This document shows, one piece after another, positions 8,566 through 17,564 of a stretch of DNA of 58,198 nucleotides. This stretch comes from Candidatus Harrisonbacteria bacterium (GTDB lineage Bacteria; Patescibacteriota; Minisyncoccia; UBA6257; UBA11618): positions 1-58,198 of the forward strand of contig JAHFLO010000003.1 in assembly GCA_023244855.1 (NCBI GenBank), given 5' to 3'. The notes beneath the pieces were generated by a model. It had not been told where the DNA came from and made no database searches. It saw only the letters and a program-made list of their open reading frames with translations. Position 1 is the first letter of the stretch. Every line of letters starts with the position of its first letter. The position numbers were made by a program, and so were the translations under genes.

Positions 8566-9072
8566 TTAGTTTGTCTGCTTCGCCCTTTCGTTTAACGCCA
8601 CCATTACCTTCTTTACCGGCATGGTAAGCATGAACGCGATCTGCGTAAGGAGTACTTCGCGCGACGGGAGCTTGGCGATTGCCACGAACTCGGCCGGCGT
8701 GATTTCTTTTTTGGTTACGAGGTCTACCCCGCCCAAAATCTGCAAGTTCTTCTTCGATTTCGCGATTTCTTTTACCAATGCGTGGATTTTTCCGGCGATT
8801 TCGAACACTTCGAGGGGGCTCGCGATCATACCTGCCTGTTGTTCAAATTTCGTCGAGGGGTCGAAGTCGATCCCTTTGTTCTTGAGCGCAATGCGCAAAA
8901 GACGCTTTTTTATAACGGTGAAGGATCCGCCCGTTTCGCGCATTAATATGCGCAATTTGCGGACTTCTGCCGTCGGTACGCTCGTGAAGTCGGCGAACAA
9001 GACGTTCTTGCTCTTGCCGATTATTTCTTCGCCGAGGGCGACTGCTTCTTTCTTTTCTGCTTTGGTTAGCAT
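8566..9072 (-). CDS. rplJ: 50S ribosomal protein uL10
   Basis: VIKKRLLRIAL and AKLPSREVLL motifs; upstream of rplL. Confidence 0.95.
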   Translation of the reverse strand: MLTKAEKKEAVALGEEIIGKSKNVLFADFTSVPTAEVRKLRILMRETGGSFTVIKKRLLRIALKNKGIDFDPSTKFEQQAGMIASPLEVFEIAGKIHALVKEIAKSKKNLQILGGVDLVTKKEITPAEFVAIAKLPSREVLLTQIAFMLTMPVKKVMVALNERAKQTN

Positions 9073-9099
9073 TGTGTTGTTTTACCTCTCGATTAGTTT

Positions 9100-9211
9100 C
9101 GAGACGTTTTGCTTATAAAGCAAAACGCGACCGTTTAGTGGCCGCGGACGTAAGAGATGGGCATTACGAGTTAATGCTTTCCTCGGCAAGGGTTAGTTGC
9201 TGTCTGCGGAA
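9100..9211 (-). promoter_or_regulatory. L10 ribosomal leader (autoregulatory RNA)
   Basis: Minus strand CCGCAGACAGCAA...TTGCCGAGG core at 9181-9210, followed by hairpins, upstream of rplJ; TTGACA-N17-TAGATT promoter just upstream. Confidence 0.75.
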
Positions 9212-9251
9212 CGTGCTACTAATCTATAGAATCTTAGCTATTTTGTCAATT

Positions 9252-9914
9252 TTAGGCGTTTTCCTTGCGCCATTTTTCTATTTCTTTGTGGTGGCCGGAG
9301 ACGAGGACTTCCGGTACTTTCCATTCTTTTGTTTTTGAGGGCTTAAAAACTTCGGGGCGGGTGTAGGAAGGGTACGAACCTTTTATGCTTTCTAAAGATT
9401 CAATTTTACCGAGTACTTCTGGCACGAAGCGGCTTACCGCTTCTATTGCGATCATTGCCGGCAGTTCGCCACCCATAAGCACAAAATCCCCTACAGACAG
9501 TTCTTCGTCCGCCACGTGTTCCGCCACGCGTTCGTCCACGCCTTCGTACCGGCCGCAGATGAATACTAAGTTTTCGTATTGAGCGAGGCGTTCGGCTTCT
9601 GCGCCATCAAACTTTTTACCGCGGGTTGAAAATAATATGACACGGCTCTTTTTCGCTTTGCCTTTGGTTATTGCCTTTACGGCTTTATAAATTGGTTCCA
9701 CCCCCATTACCATCCCCGGTCCCCCGCCGTACGGTATGCCGTCCACCTTGCGGTGAATCCCCTCGCCCCACTCACGCAAATCGTGCGCTTGTATGGAAAT
9801 TTTCCCTGCCTCTTTTGCGCGCTTAAGGAGCGAGTAGTCCGTATAGGACCCCGCACCGAAGAGTTCCGGGAAGATTGTAACGACATGGAAATTTATTTTT
9901 TTAGGGGATGACAT
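9252..9914 (-). CDS. trmD: tRNA (guanine37-N1)-methyltransferase
   Basis: PYGGGPGMVM, CGRYEGVDERV, SVGDFVLMGGE and YTRP motifs. Confidence 0.98.
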   Translation of the reverse strand: MSSPKKINFHVVTIFPELFGAGSYTDYSLLKRAKEAGKISIQAHDLREWGEGIHRKVDGIPYGGGPGMVMGVEPIYKAVKAITKGKAKKSRVILFSTRGKKFDGAEAERLAQYENLVFICGRYEGVDERVAEHVADEELSVGDFVLMGGELPAMIAIEAVSRFVPEVLGKIESLESIKGSYPSYTRPEVFKPSKTKEWKVPEVLVSGHHKEIEKWRKENA

Positions 9915-9921
9915 ATAGTTT

Positions 9922-9963
9922 AATTTACTATAACTATGCCGGTCGGCATAGTTATAGTAAATT
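9922..9963. repeat. 42-bp near-perfect palindrome
   Basis: aatttactataactatgccg-gt-cggcatagttatagtaaatt. Confidence 0.9.
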
Positions 9964-10010
9964 GCGATTTATATTTTAAATTAAAAAGTCAGATGCTCTG
10001 CTTCGTAAGA

Positions 10011-10047
10011 GAAAAACCGCGTTAGAGATATTCTAGCGCGGTTTTTC
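10011..10047 (-). terminator. Terminator after rpsP-khpA
   Basis: gaaaaaccgcgttaga / tctagcgcggtttttc. Confidence 0.8.
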
Positions 10048-10066
10048 AAATGACGTTGCGGGTTAT

Positions 10067-10402
10067 TTAGAAACCGTCAGTTTGCGTTTCCGCGTGCTGT
10101 TCCGGTTCCATGTGCTGTTCGGCGCTTTGTCCCATGCCGCGGGTCGATCCTTCCGGCTCTTCGATCTTCAAGTTAACGCGGGCGTTGTTCTTGATGCCGA
10201 CGATCCTAAGGAGCGAGCGGATGGATTTTGCCGTTGCGCCTTGGCGACCGACGACGTGGCCCATGTCCTTTTGGTTTACCTTAAGCGAAAGCAAAACGCC
10301 CATTTCGTCGATTTTGCGTTCGACTTTAACGTCTTCCGGCGTGTCTACAATAGACTTAACGAGGTATTCGAGGAATTCTTGGTCTGCGAATCGTTCTGCC
10401 AT
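10067..10402 (-). CDS. khpA: KH domain RNA-binding protein (KhpA)
   Basis: DMGHVVGRQGATAKSIR GxxG loop; follows rpsP. Confidence 0.92.
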   Translation of the reverse strand: MAERFADQEFLEYLVKSIVDTPEDVKVERKIDEMGVLLSLKVNQKDMGHVVGRQGATAKSIRSLLRIVGIKNNARVNLKIEEPEGSTRGMGQSAEQHMEPEQHAETQTDGF

Positions 10403-10444
10403 TTCTGATATATATTTCTTATCTGCGACCTTTCGGCTTTTCTA

Positions 10445-10681
10445 CTATAGTACTACGCCTGCCTTTTTAAGCAAGGCGGAAACGGTGTCCGTGGGTTGAG
10501 CGCCCATTTTAACCCAATGCGTTACGCGCGGGCCGTTAAACTGCGATTTTTTCGTGTGCGGGTTGTACCAGCCGAGGTCTTCGAGCTGCTTGCCGTTCAA
10601 TTTTTCGCGCTTTTCGCCGACGATAAGGCGGTACATCGCCTGATGCTTCTTGCCGATGCGTTGGAGTTTTATGGCTAACAT
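10445..10681 (-). CDS. rpsP: 30S ribosomal protein bS16
   Basis: IKLQRIGKK, YRLIV, LGWYNP and GAQPTDTV motifs. Confidence 0.97.
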   Translation of the reverse strand: MLAIKLQRIGKKHQAMYRLIVGEKREKLNGKQLEDLGWYNPHTKKSQFNGPRVTHWVKMGAQPTDTVSALLKKAGVVL

Positions 10682-10699
10682 TTGGGTACAGCATACTAT

Positions 10700-10736
10700 A
10701 AAAAAAGAACGCCGGCAAGTCCGTTTGCCGGCGTTC
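10700..10736 (-). terminator. Intrinsic terminator of prepilin-like gene
   Basis: gaacgccggcaa/ttgccggcgttc stem plus U-tract. Confidence 0.8.
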
Positions 10737-10752
10737 GTGTTGTGAGGAGTAT

Positions 10753-11208
10753 TTATTCCAAGAGCGATTTAAGTTCGCTTAACCGCTCGTCAAAAGCTTC
10801 TTTTGCCTGCCCGACGTACGGCTCCTCAGCCGTTTTCATTAGGTTAAGGAATAGCCGCATTTCGACGCAGAGTTTATTTGCCTTTTTCGCTTTCGGCCAA
10901 TCTTTTTCCGCAAATTCAGCAAGGGCGACTTGGTGTTCTGCTAGGAAGGTATTGCTGCTTTCGAGGCGTTGCGCGAATCTCCCCTGTTCGCGTTCGCTTA
11001 GTACTTCCGTTTCATCCAACAGCTGTTTTACGGCGGTAACGAGGGCGCTTTCATAAGCTTTCTTGTAGGGGCCGAATGTCCTGATTTCTTCGGCCTCCAG
11101 TGCGGCCTCTCTCGCTTTTTGGACTGCTGGCGCAAGAAGGGCAATTAGGACGAGAACGATTGCTAAAAGGACAATAAATTCGACTAAGGTAAAACCTTTA
11201 CGGCTCAT
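10753..11208 (-). CDS. Prepilin-type N-terminal cleavage/methylation domain protein
   Basis: MSRKG|FTLVEF class III signal peptide, hydrophobic helix, then PAVQKAREAA. Confidence 0.85.
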   Translation of the reverse strand: MSRKGFTLVEFIVLLAIVLVLIALLAPAVQKAREAALEAEEIRTFGPYKKAYESALVTAVKQLLDETEVLSEREQGRFAQRLESSNTFLAEHQVALAEFAEKDWPKAKKANKLCVEMRLFLNLMKTAEEPYVGQAKEAFDERLSELKSLLE

Positions 11209-11273
11209 GGAACGTTCCTTTTGATTGGGTTATGGGGTGCTGCTAACGTCCCCGCTAGAATACGATAATTACC

Positions 11274-11963
11274 TTACTTTGTCGAGAGCATCTCTAATGC
11301 CTTCTTTGCGGCGTCTACTTCTGCTTCCTGCTTGGAATAACCTTCGCCCTCCGCCACGAATTCGTTTTCGAAGTAGACGCTTACCTTGAATATTTTTTTG
11401 TGTTCCGGCCCTGTTTCGCTTATTACACGGTAGTTGGGCGTCATCTTTTTCGTTGCCTGCGTCATTTCTTGTAGGGTGCTCTTGGGGTCGCGGTAGCTTG
11501 CCTCTTTCATAATCCCCTTGAGATTATTCATAACGAAATTCGCCACGAAGGAGCGTGCTGCCGTAAGGCCGCCGTCTAAGTAGAGGGCGCCTATTAGCGC
11601 TTCCATGGCGTTTGCGATGATAACTTCGCGCGCGCGGCCCGTATCCTTCGCTTCGCCGCGGGAGAGGAGAACGGACTTTTCGAGCGCGATGTCGTTACCC
11701 GCTTTTGCGAGCAATTGGTAGTTTACGAGCGCGGCGCGGATGGACGTAAGTTTTCCTTCGTCTTCGTCCGGAAAGCGGTTATATAATTCCTCGGTTACCG
11801 TAAGTTCAAGTACGGCATCGCCTAAAAATTCCAGCCGCTCATTGTGCGGTACCTCCCAGCCGGGGTTTTCGTTGCGGTACGAGCGGTGCGTTAAAGCCTC
11901 CTTTATAAGGGCTTTAGTATTGAAAGAATAATTGATTGTTTTTTCGAGTCCTAAAACGTTCAT
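11274..11963 (-). CDS. rnc: Ribonuclease III
   Basis: ALTHRSY, NERLEFLGDAVL and EALIGALYLDGG motifs plus C-terminal dsRBD; start moved to ATG 11963. Confidence 0.97.
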   Translation of the reverse strand: MNVLGLEKTINYSFNTKALIKEALTHRSYRNENPGWEVPHNERLEFLGDAVLELTVTEELYNRFPDEDEGKLTSIRAALVNYQLLAKAGNDIALEKSVLLSRGEAKDTGRAREVIIANAMEALIGALYLDGGLTAARSFVANFVMNNLKGIMKEASYRDPKSTLQEMTQATKKMTPNYRVISETGPEHKKIFKVSVYFENEFVAEGEGYSKQEAEVDAAKKALEMLSTK

Positions 11964-12082
11964 GTTATTTTCTGCGTTATTCCGCACCACGGGCAGTGCC
12001 AGAGGGTCTTCTTTTGCGGCGCATCCCCTATACTCCACCATTTGCCGCAGTGCGCACAATGGAAGTGCGCAAGCGATTCCAC
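11960..12082 (-). CDS. Small zinc-ribbon protein (~40 aa)
   Basis: CAHC...CPWC pair; fills the nusB-rnc gap; TGA overlaps the rnc ATG (ATGA); GTG start is tentative. Confidence 0.65.
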   Translation of the reverse strand: MESLAHFHCAHCGKWWSIGDAPQKKTLWHCPWCGITQKIT

Positions 12083-12092
12083 TGACCGCGCA

Positions 12093-12575
12093 TTACGCGG
12101 GGTTTTCTTCTTTGGCAGCGCCTTCGGGCTTTGCTTCGGTTCCGGCGTTTTCATTTACCGCTTCGAGTTCTTTAAAAATAGTTCCCAAAACGCCGTTGAT
12201 GAATTTACCCGAGTTCGGGCCGCCGTAGTTTTTGACTATTTCTATAGCTTCGTTGATGGCGACCTTAGGCGGCACTTCTTCGGGGTTGGCGTAGAGCAAT
12301 TCGTAGAGGCCGATGCGCAGGGCGTTGCGGTCGATTATTGCGATGCGTTCCAAGGGCCACTCGGGCGCGGCTTTCGTGATAACGGCGTCTATCGCCTCTA
12401 AGTGCTTCTTTACGCCTTCGGCTATTTTACGTGCAAATTCCGGTTCGTCGATACCGGGGGCAAATTCTTCGAGGTTACGGTCGACGATTTTTTCCAAATC
12501 GTCTTTTTGACCAAAAAAATCCCATTCGTAGAGGGATTGGAGTACTACCGAGCGCGCTAATTGCCGAGTTGCCAT
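12093..12575 (-). CDS. nusB: Transcription antitermination factor NusB
   Basis: [38 protein letters not shown] and FINGVLG motifs. Confidence 0.97.
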   Translation of the reverse strand: MATRQLARSVVLQSLYEWDFFGQKDDLEKIVDRNLEEFAPGIDEPEFARKIAEGVKKHLEAIDAVITKAAPEWPLERIAIIDRNALRIGLYELLYANPEEVPPKVAINEAIEIVKNYGGPNSGKFINGVLGTIFKELEAVNENAGTEAKPEGAAKEENPA

Positions 12576-12591
12576 ATAAAGGCAGTATAGC

Positions 12592-12759
12592 CTATTTCTT
12601 GCGGGAAGGGTACGTGCCGCACTGGGCGCACGCCTTGTGGGGAACAATCGGGCCTTTGCACTTGCTGCACGCCGCCATGTTCGTTTTCTTCATGGCTAAG
12701 TGGGACCGCCTGCGGCCTACTTTGCCCTTACTGTGATGCTTTACTGGTACGCCACCCAT
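12592..12759 (-). CDS. rpmF: 50S ribosomal protein bL32 (55 aa; absent from ORF track)
   Basis: Manual translation [55 protein letters not shown]. Confidence 0.95.
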   Translation of the reverse strand: MGGVPVKHHSKGKVGRRRSHLAMKKTNMAACSKCKGPIVPHKACAQCGTYPSRKK

Positions 12760-12833
12760 ATCTTCTGGATTTAAGATTAAGTTAAGTAGCCTTTAGTATG
12801 ACAAGATTCTTTAAAAAGGTCAATAAAGGAAAA

Positions 12834-13601
12834 TTATTTTAAAAATACCCTCCTCCCCTGCCATTGGTTATACAATTCGCTTTGCAAATCGTAGGAGGCT
12901 TTTTGAATAGCCTTTTGTTCTGCCGAGAGCCTTTTATTGTTAGCGGAAATTTCTTCAAGAGCTATCGTGCCGAAAAGTAATTGCTGTCTTCCCCATTCTC
13001 GGGTTTTTTCATCGCATAATGAGAAGCTGCACATTCGTGTAACGCGAAGAAGATCGTTAGCCTCCGCAAGTGATTGGCGGATTATTGGTGTTGGATTTCG
13101 ACGCATATAGTCGGCATTGTAGACAATTCTATTATTCAGTCTAGTAAGAAGATCTTTTTCATTTTGAAAATTTGGATCTTTTTTTAAAATTTTTAAATCG
13201 GGTTCTGGTCCCCCGAAGGCAATTTTTTCCCATCCCGAAGTGTAGTGGGGATTGAGCTTATTATTTTGGAAAAGAAGATTATTTGGCGTCAACCGCAAGG
13301 TTATGGTGTGGGTATACCAATCGTCCCGTTCTTGATACCCGTCGCTTATATGGAATAGAAAGTTGATTAATGCAGCTTCAAACTGCTCTGTATTAAATTT
13401 TTCATAATGCTTGAATATATCAAGCATGGCGAATGCGTCGAGGCATGCCATTCTCATTCTTGACCCGCTCCTTGGTAGTGGATTATTTAGATGGTCGCGA
13501 CATCCATTGATTTCAATGAAATTTTCAAGGCTTGTTTTCAGGCGTATATGAATACCTATTTCTCCTATAGCTATGGGTGCCGTAAAGATCAAAATCGTCA
13601 A
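12834..13601 (-). CDS. Hypothetical protein (AT-rich; 5' end possibly frameshifted)
   Basis: 255-aa ORF filling an AT-rich gap; no recognised motif. Confidence 0.6.
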   Translation of the reverse strand: MTILIFTAPIAIGEIGIHIRLKTSLENFIEINGCRDHLNNPLPRSGSRMRMACLDAFAMLDIFKHYEKFNTEQFEAALINFLFHISDGYQERDDWYTHTITLRLTPNNLLFQNNKLNPHYTSGWEKIAFGGPEPDLKILKKDPNFQNEKDLLTRLNNRIVYNADYMRRNPTPIIRQSLAEANDLLRVTRMCSFSLCDEKTREWGRQQLLFGTIALEEISANNKRLSAEQKAIQKASYDLQSELYNQWQGRRVFLK

Positions 13602-13695
13602 GGGTGTAAAAAAAATTTAAAAACTCCTGTTTTTAATTTAAAATTCATCATATTAAGAGTAGCAGAAATCACAATTTTATTGTATTTCATAAATT

Positions 13696-14259
13696 TTAAG
13701 TTTTAAGAAAGGTAAGGCGGTGAATAAGACATGCTCCGTGGCGTTTTAGGGCTTTGTAGTGTTCTTTCGTGCCGTAGCCTTTGTTTTCTTTAAAATTATA
13801 GGCCGGATAGCGCTTATGCATACGTTCCATAAAGCCATCACGGGCGACTTTAGCGAGGATAGACGCTAGGGCGATTGCGGGGATTTTCTCGTCCCCTTTT
13901 ATGATCGCCTTTTGCGGAACGACTTTAGGGAGCCGTAGTCCCGCGTCGAGCAGGGCGGGAGCGCTGGAATTACCAGTCACTTTCTTATATGCACGATACG
14001 CCGCACGGTTAGCCGCTTGGGAGATATTGATACTGTCTATGGTTGTAGGTGCCGACCGCGCGACGGCATATTTTATTTCTTTGTGGGTTTTAATCCATGC
14101 GCACCATGCCCCACGTTGCTTCTCGGTAAGTTTTTTTGAGTCACGCAGCGGCAGGCCGGAGCTTTTCAAATCCATAATATCCGGTAGCGCAACGCAAGCA
14201 ACTACCACCGGCCCCGCAAGCGGCCCGCGCCCCACTTCGTCTATGCCGATTATCTCCAT
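13696..14259 (-). CDS. rnhB: Ribonuclease HII
   Basis: GIDEVGRGPLAGPV, DSKKL, KGD, ASILAKVARD and KGYGT motifs. Confidence 0.97.
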   Translation of the reverse strand: MEIIGIDEVGRGPLAGPVVVACVALPDIMDLKSSGLPLRDSKKLTEKQRGAWCAWIKTHKEIKYAVARSAPTTIDSINISQAANRAAYRAYKKVTGNSSAPALLDAGLRLPKVVPQKAIIKGDEKIPAIALASILAKVARDGFMERMHKRYPAYNFKENKGYGTKEHYKALKRHGACLIHRLTFLKT

Positions 14260-14334
14260 TTGCATTCATAGTATCGAATTACCGGCAACTAGCCACTAGC
14301 CGTTTTTAAAATATTCCCCCATACTTTTATCGAT

Positions 14335-17300
14335 ATGAAATTCGTCCATCTGCACACGCATAGCCATTATTCTTTGCTTGATGGCCTTGCGAAGCCTACG
14401 GAGCTTGTGGCGCGGGCAAAGGAATTAGGGATGGAGGCCTTAGCCTTAACCGACCACGGTAATTTGTATGGCGCTATTGAGTTTTACCAGCTTGCAAAGA
14501 AGGCGGGCATAAAGCCCATTTTAGGCGTGGAGGCATATATTTGCCCACGTACGCGCTTTGATAAAGCGCATGGTGCAGATGATAAGAGCTATCACTTAAC
14601 GCTTTTAGTCGAAAACAAAACGGGCTGGCATAACTTAATGAAGCTCGTCACGAAGGCTAATCTTGAAGGCTTTTATTACAAGCCGCGCATGGACCGTGAG
14701 TTGCTCAAGATGCACCACGAGGGGCTTATTGCTCTTTCGGGCTGCGCTTCGGGCGAATTAATACGCACAATTCTTAAAAGCGGCATGGCGGCGGCAGAGC
14801 AGGTGGTGCGTGACTACGAAGAAATCTTTGGTAAAGGCAATTACTTTTTAGAAATCGGCCACCACCCTAACTTTTCGCCCAAGGACCATGCGGTCGTAAA
14901 GCCTGCGCTTATAGAGCTTTCTAAAAAGTTCGGTATACCGCTCGTTGCCACGCAAGACATTCATTATTTAAAAAAAGAAGACGCCGAGTACCACGACATA
15001 CTGCTCGCGGTCGGCACTGGCAACCGTATTACGGACGAAAAGCGGTTAACCTTGAAGGCTGACGATTTTTCTATGCGCAGCCCCGAAGAAATGGCGGAGT
15101 GTTTTGTGGATTTACCGGAGGCGCTGGAACAAACGGTAGTAATTGCTGAGCGGTGTAATATAGAGCTCACGCTCGGTAAGAGTATTTTGCCCGTATTCCC
15201 CTTACCAGAAGGCGAAACGGATAATTCGTACCTTATGCGGCTTGTGCATGAGCGCACAGCAGGGCGGTACCCCGAAAAAACAAAGGAAGTTGAAGAGCGC
15301 GTTGCCTATGAGCTCTCCGTTATCGCCGGTACGGGCTACGCTGGCTACTTCCTTATCGTGCAGGATTTTATTAACTGGGCGAAAGATCGCGGTATCGTCG
15401 TCGGCCCTGGCAGAGGTTCCGCCGCCGGCAGTATCACCGCTTATATATTAGGTATTACGAACGTCGACCCGCTCCCCTACAACCTACTCTTCGAGCGTTT
15501 TTTGAACCCCGACCGTATCCAAATGCCCGACATCGACGTTGACATCGCCGACTCCCGCCGCGGCGAAGTCTTAGGCTACTTAAAAGAGAAATATGGCGAT
15601 GACCGCGTGGCTAACATCATCACCTTCGGTACTATGGCTGCGCGCGCCGCGGTGCGCGATGTTGGGCGTGCTCTCGGTGCTGATTATTCGCTATGCGACA
15701 AGCTCGCGAAGCTCATCCCCTTTAAGGTGGGGCAAGAATTAGCCGCGGCGCTTGAAACTACCGAAGACTTGCGGTCGTTCATCGCGAGCGACCCTATGGC
15801 GAAGCGCATAATAGATGCCGCCGGCCACTTAGAAGGCGTTGCGCGGCACGCTTCGGTGCACGCATGCGGTACGGTGGTTGCTCCTGGTACGCTTTCTGAT
15901 TATCTTCCCCTGCAGTACGCGCCGCAGGACCCGTCTACCATCGTTACGCAGTTTGAAATGCATGCGGTTGAATCGCTTGGCATTTTAAAGATGGATATTT
16001 TAGGGTTGAAGAACCTTAGTATTCTTGAAGAGGCAATCCGCTTGGTGCGGGAGGCCGGCAAGGGCGAAATCGACGCAAACCATTTGCCGCAGGGCGACGA
16101 AAAAACGTATGCCATGTTGCGCGAGGGCGACACGACGGGCGTCTTCCAGTTTGAATCCGCCGGCATGCGCCGCTACATGAAGCTCTTGAAGCCGAACCAG
16201 CTTGAAGACTTGGTGGCGCTTGTTGCTTTGTACCGCCCCGGCCCGATGGAATCTATTCCGTCTTTCATTGACCGCAAACATGGCAAAGAAAAAATTACAT
16301 ATTTACACCCCAAGCTTGAGCCGATTCTTCGCCCTACGTACGGCATCGGCGTGTACCAAGAACAGATGATGCAAATCGCCCGCGATTTGGCGGGCTACAC
16401 GCTGGCCGAAGCCGATACTTTACGTAAGGCTATTGGTAAAAAGATTCAGGCGCTTCTCGACGAGCAACGCGAAAAGATTATTAAGGGTATGGTTGCGCGC
16501 GATATCCCCATGGACGTTGCTAAAGAAATTTGGGAACTATTCCCTTCGTTCGCCCGCTATGGCTTCAACAAGAGCCATGCCGTGTGTTATGCCGTTATTG
16601 GTTACCAGACGGCGTACCTGAAGGCGAATTATCCGGTAGAGCTTATGACCGCCCTCCTTAATGCTGATGCGGGCGATACCGAGCGCATGACATTCCTCGT
16701 CGCCGAATGCGCGAAGATGGGCATACAAGTACTACCGCCTGATATTAATAAGAGTGCGGTTAACTTTGCGCCCGAAGAACAGAATATTCGTTTCGGGCTC
16801 TTGGCTATTAAAAACGTTGGTGCAAATATTGTGGATGCGCTTGTTGCCGAACGGAATGCGGGCGGCCCGTTCGCCACGCTTGCGGAGCTTTTATACCGCG
16901 TGCACCACAAAGATTTGAACAAGAAGTCGCTCGAAAGCCTTATGAAAGCGGGTGCGCTCGACTCGCTCGGTACGAGCCGGTCTACGCTTATCGGCAACCT
17001 TGAAGAAATTATTAAATTCAGTTCGCTCGTTAAGAAGTCGAAGAACGAGTCACAGGCAGGGCTCTTTGGCGGCGCCGTCATCTCCTCAAATGCCTTGAAG
17101 CTTGCGCCTATGCCCGAAATCCCTTCCGCCGAGCAGTTGCAGTGGGAGAAAGAATTAATTGGCTTTTATATATCGAGTCACCCGCTTGAGGCGTACAAGG
17201 AAAAACTTACGGCAATCAAGGCGCGGCCGATAAAAGAAGCGCTTTTAGTAAAAGCGGTTAAGGAGGAAGTAATCGTGGGTGGGCTCGTTGCTGCGGTGCG

Positions 17301-17505
17301 AAAGATTATGACGAAAACGAACAAGCCGATGATGTTTGTTACGCTCGAAGACATGTCCGGCACGCTCGACGTTATCGTATTCCCAAAGACCTTAGAAAAA
17401 GGCGAAGAGCCATGGCAAGTGGGTGCTGTGATCGCTATTTTGGGCCATATGTCGTGGCGCGACGACGAACCGAGCTTAATAGCCGAAGGCGCGCGGATAC
17501 TTTAA
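14335..17505 (+). CDS. dnaE: DNA polymerase III alpha subunit
   Basis: HLHTHSHYSLLDG PHP domain, GPGRGSAAGS, MPDIDVD and YGFNKSHA motifs, OB fold; no intein seen. Confidence 0.98.
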   Translation: MKFVHLHTHSHYSLLDGLAKPTELVARAKELGMEALALTDHGNLYGAIEFYQLAKKAGIKPILGVEAYICPRTRFDKAHGADDKSYHLTLLVENKTGWHNLMKLVTKANLEGFYYKPRMDRELLKMHHEGLIALSGCASGELIRTILKSGMAAAEQVVRDYEEIFGKGNYFLEIGHHPNFSPKDHAVVKPALIELSKKFGIPLVATQDIHYLKKEDAEYHDILLAVGTGNRITDEKRLTLKADDFSMRSPEEMAECFVDLPEALEQTVVIAERCNIELTLGKSILPVFPLPEGETDNSYLMRLVHERTAGRYPEKTKEVEERVAYELSVIAGTGYAGYFLIVQDFINWAKDRGIVVGPGRGSAAGSITAYILGITNVDPLPYNLLFERFLNPDRIQMPDIDVDIADSRRGEVLGYLKEKYGDDRVANIITFGTMAARAAVRDVGRALGADYSLCDKLAKLIPFKVGQELAAALETTEDLRSFIASDPMAKRIIDAAGHLEGVARHASVHACGTVVAPGTLSDYLPLQYAPQDPSTIVTQFEMHAVESLGILKMDILGLKNLSILEEAIRLVREAGKGEIDANHLPQGDEKTYAMLREGDTTGVFQFESAGMRRYMKLLKPNQLEDLVALVALYRPGPMESIPSFIDRKHGKEKITYLHPKLEPILRPTYGIGVYQEQMMQIARDLAGYTLAEADTLRKAIGKKIQALLDEQREKIIKGMVARDIPMDVAKEIWELFPSFARYGFNKSHAVCYAVIGYQTAYLKANYPVELMTALLNADAGDTERMTFLVAECAKMGIQVLPPDINKSAVNFAPEEQNIRFGLLAIKNVGANIVDALVAERNAGGPFATLAELLYRVHHKDLNKKSLESLMKAGALDSLGTSRSTLIGNLEEIIKFSSLVKKSKNESQAGLFGGAVISSNALKLAPMPEIPSAEQLQWEKELIGFYISSHPLEAYKEKLTAIKARPIKEALLVKAVKEEVIVGGLVAAVRKIMTKTNKPMMFVTLEDMSGTLDVIVFPKTLEKGEEPWQVGAVIAILGHMSWRDDEPSLIAEGARIL

Positions 17506-17512
17506 TTTTTTG

Positions 17513-17552
17513 AAAAAAAGAAACCCGAACTGCGCACGGCGTGCAGTTCGGG
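17513..17552 (-). terminator. Intrinsic terminator between convergent dnaE and GNAT gene
   Basis: cccgaactgc/gcagttcggg stem with an A-tract on the left. Confidence 0.75.
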
Positions 17553-17564
17553 CGTCAACCTGAT

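Noticed and set aside
10067..10140. AEQHMEPEQHAE mini-repeat in the KhpA tail
   Set aside because: Short low-complexity tail of a kind common on such proteins; no further structure
14335..17505. Intein or intron in dnaE (also checked gyrB)
   Set aside because: Lengths are normal and motifs are contiguous; no C/S...HN splice motifs seen
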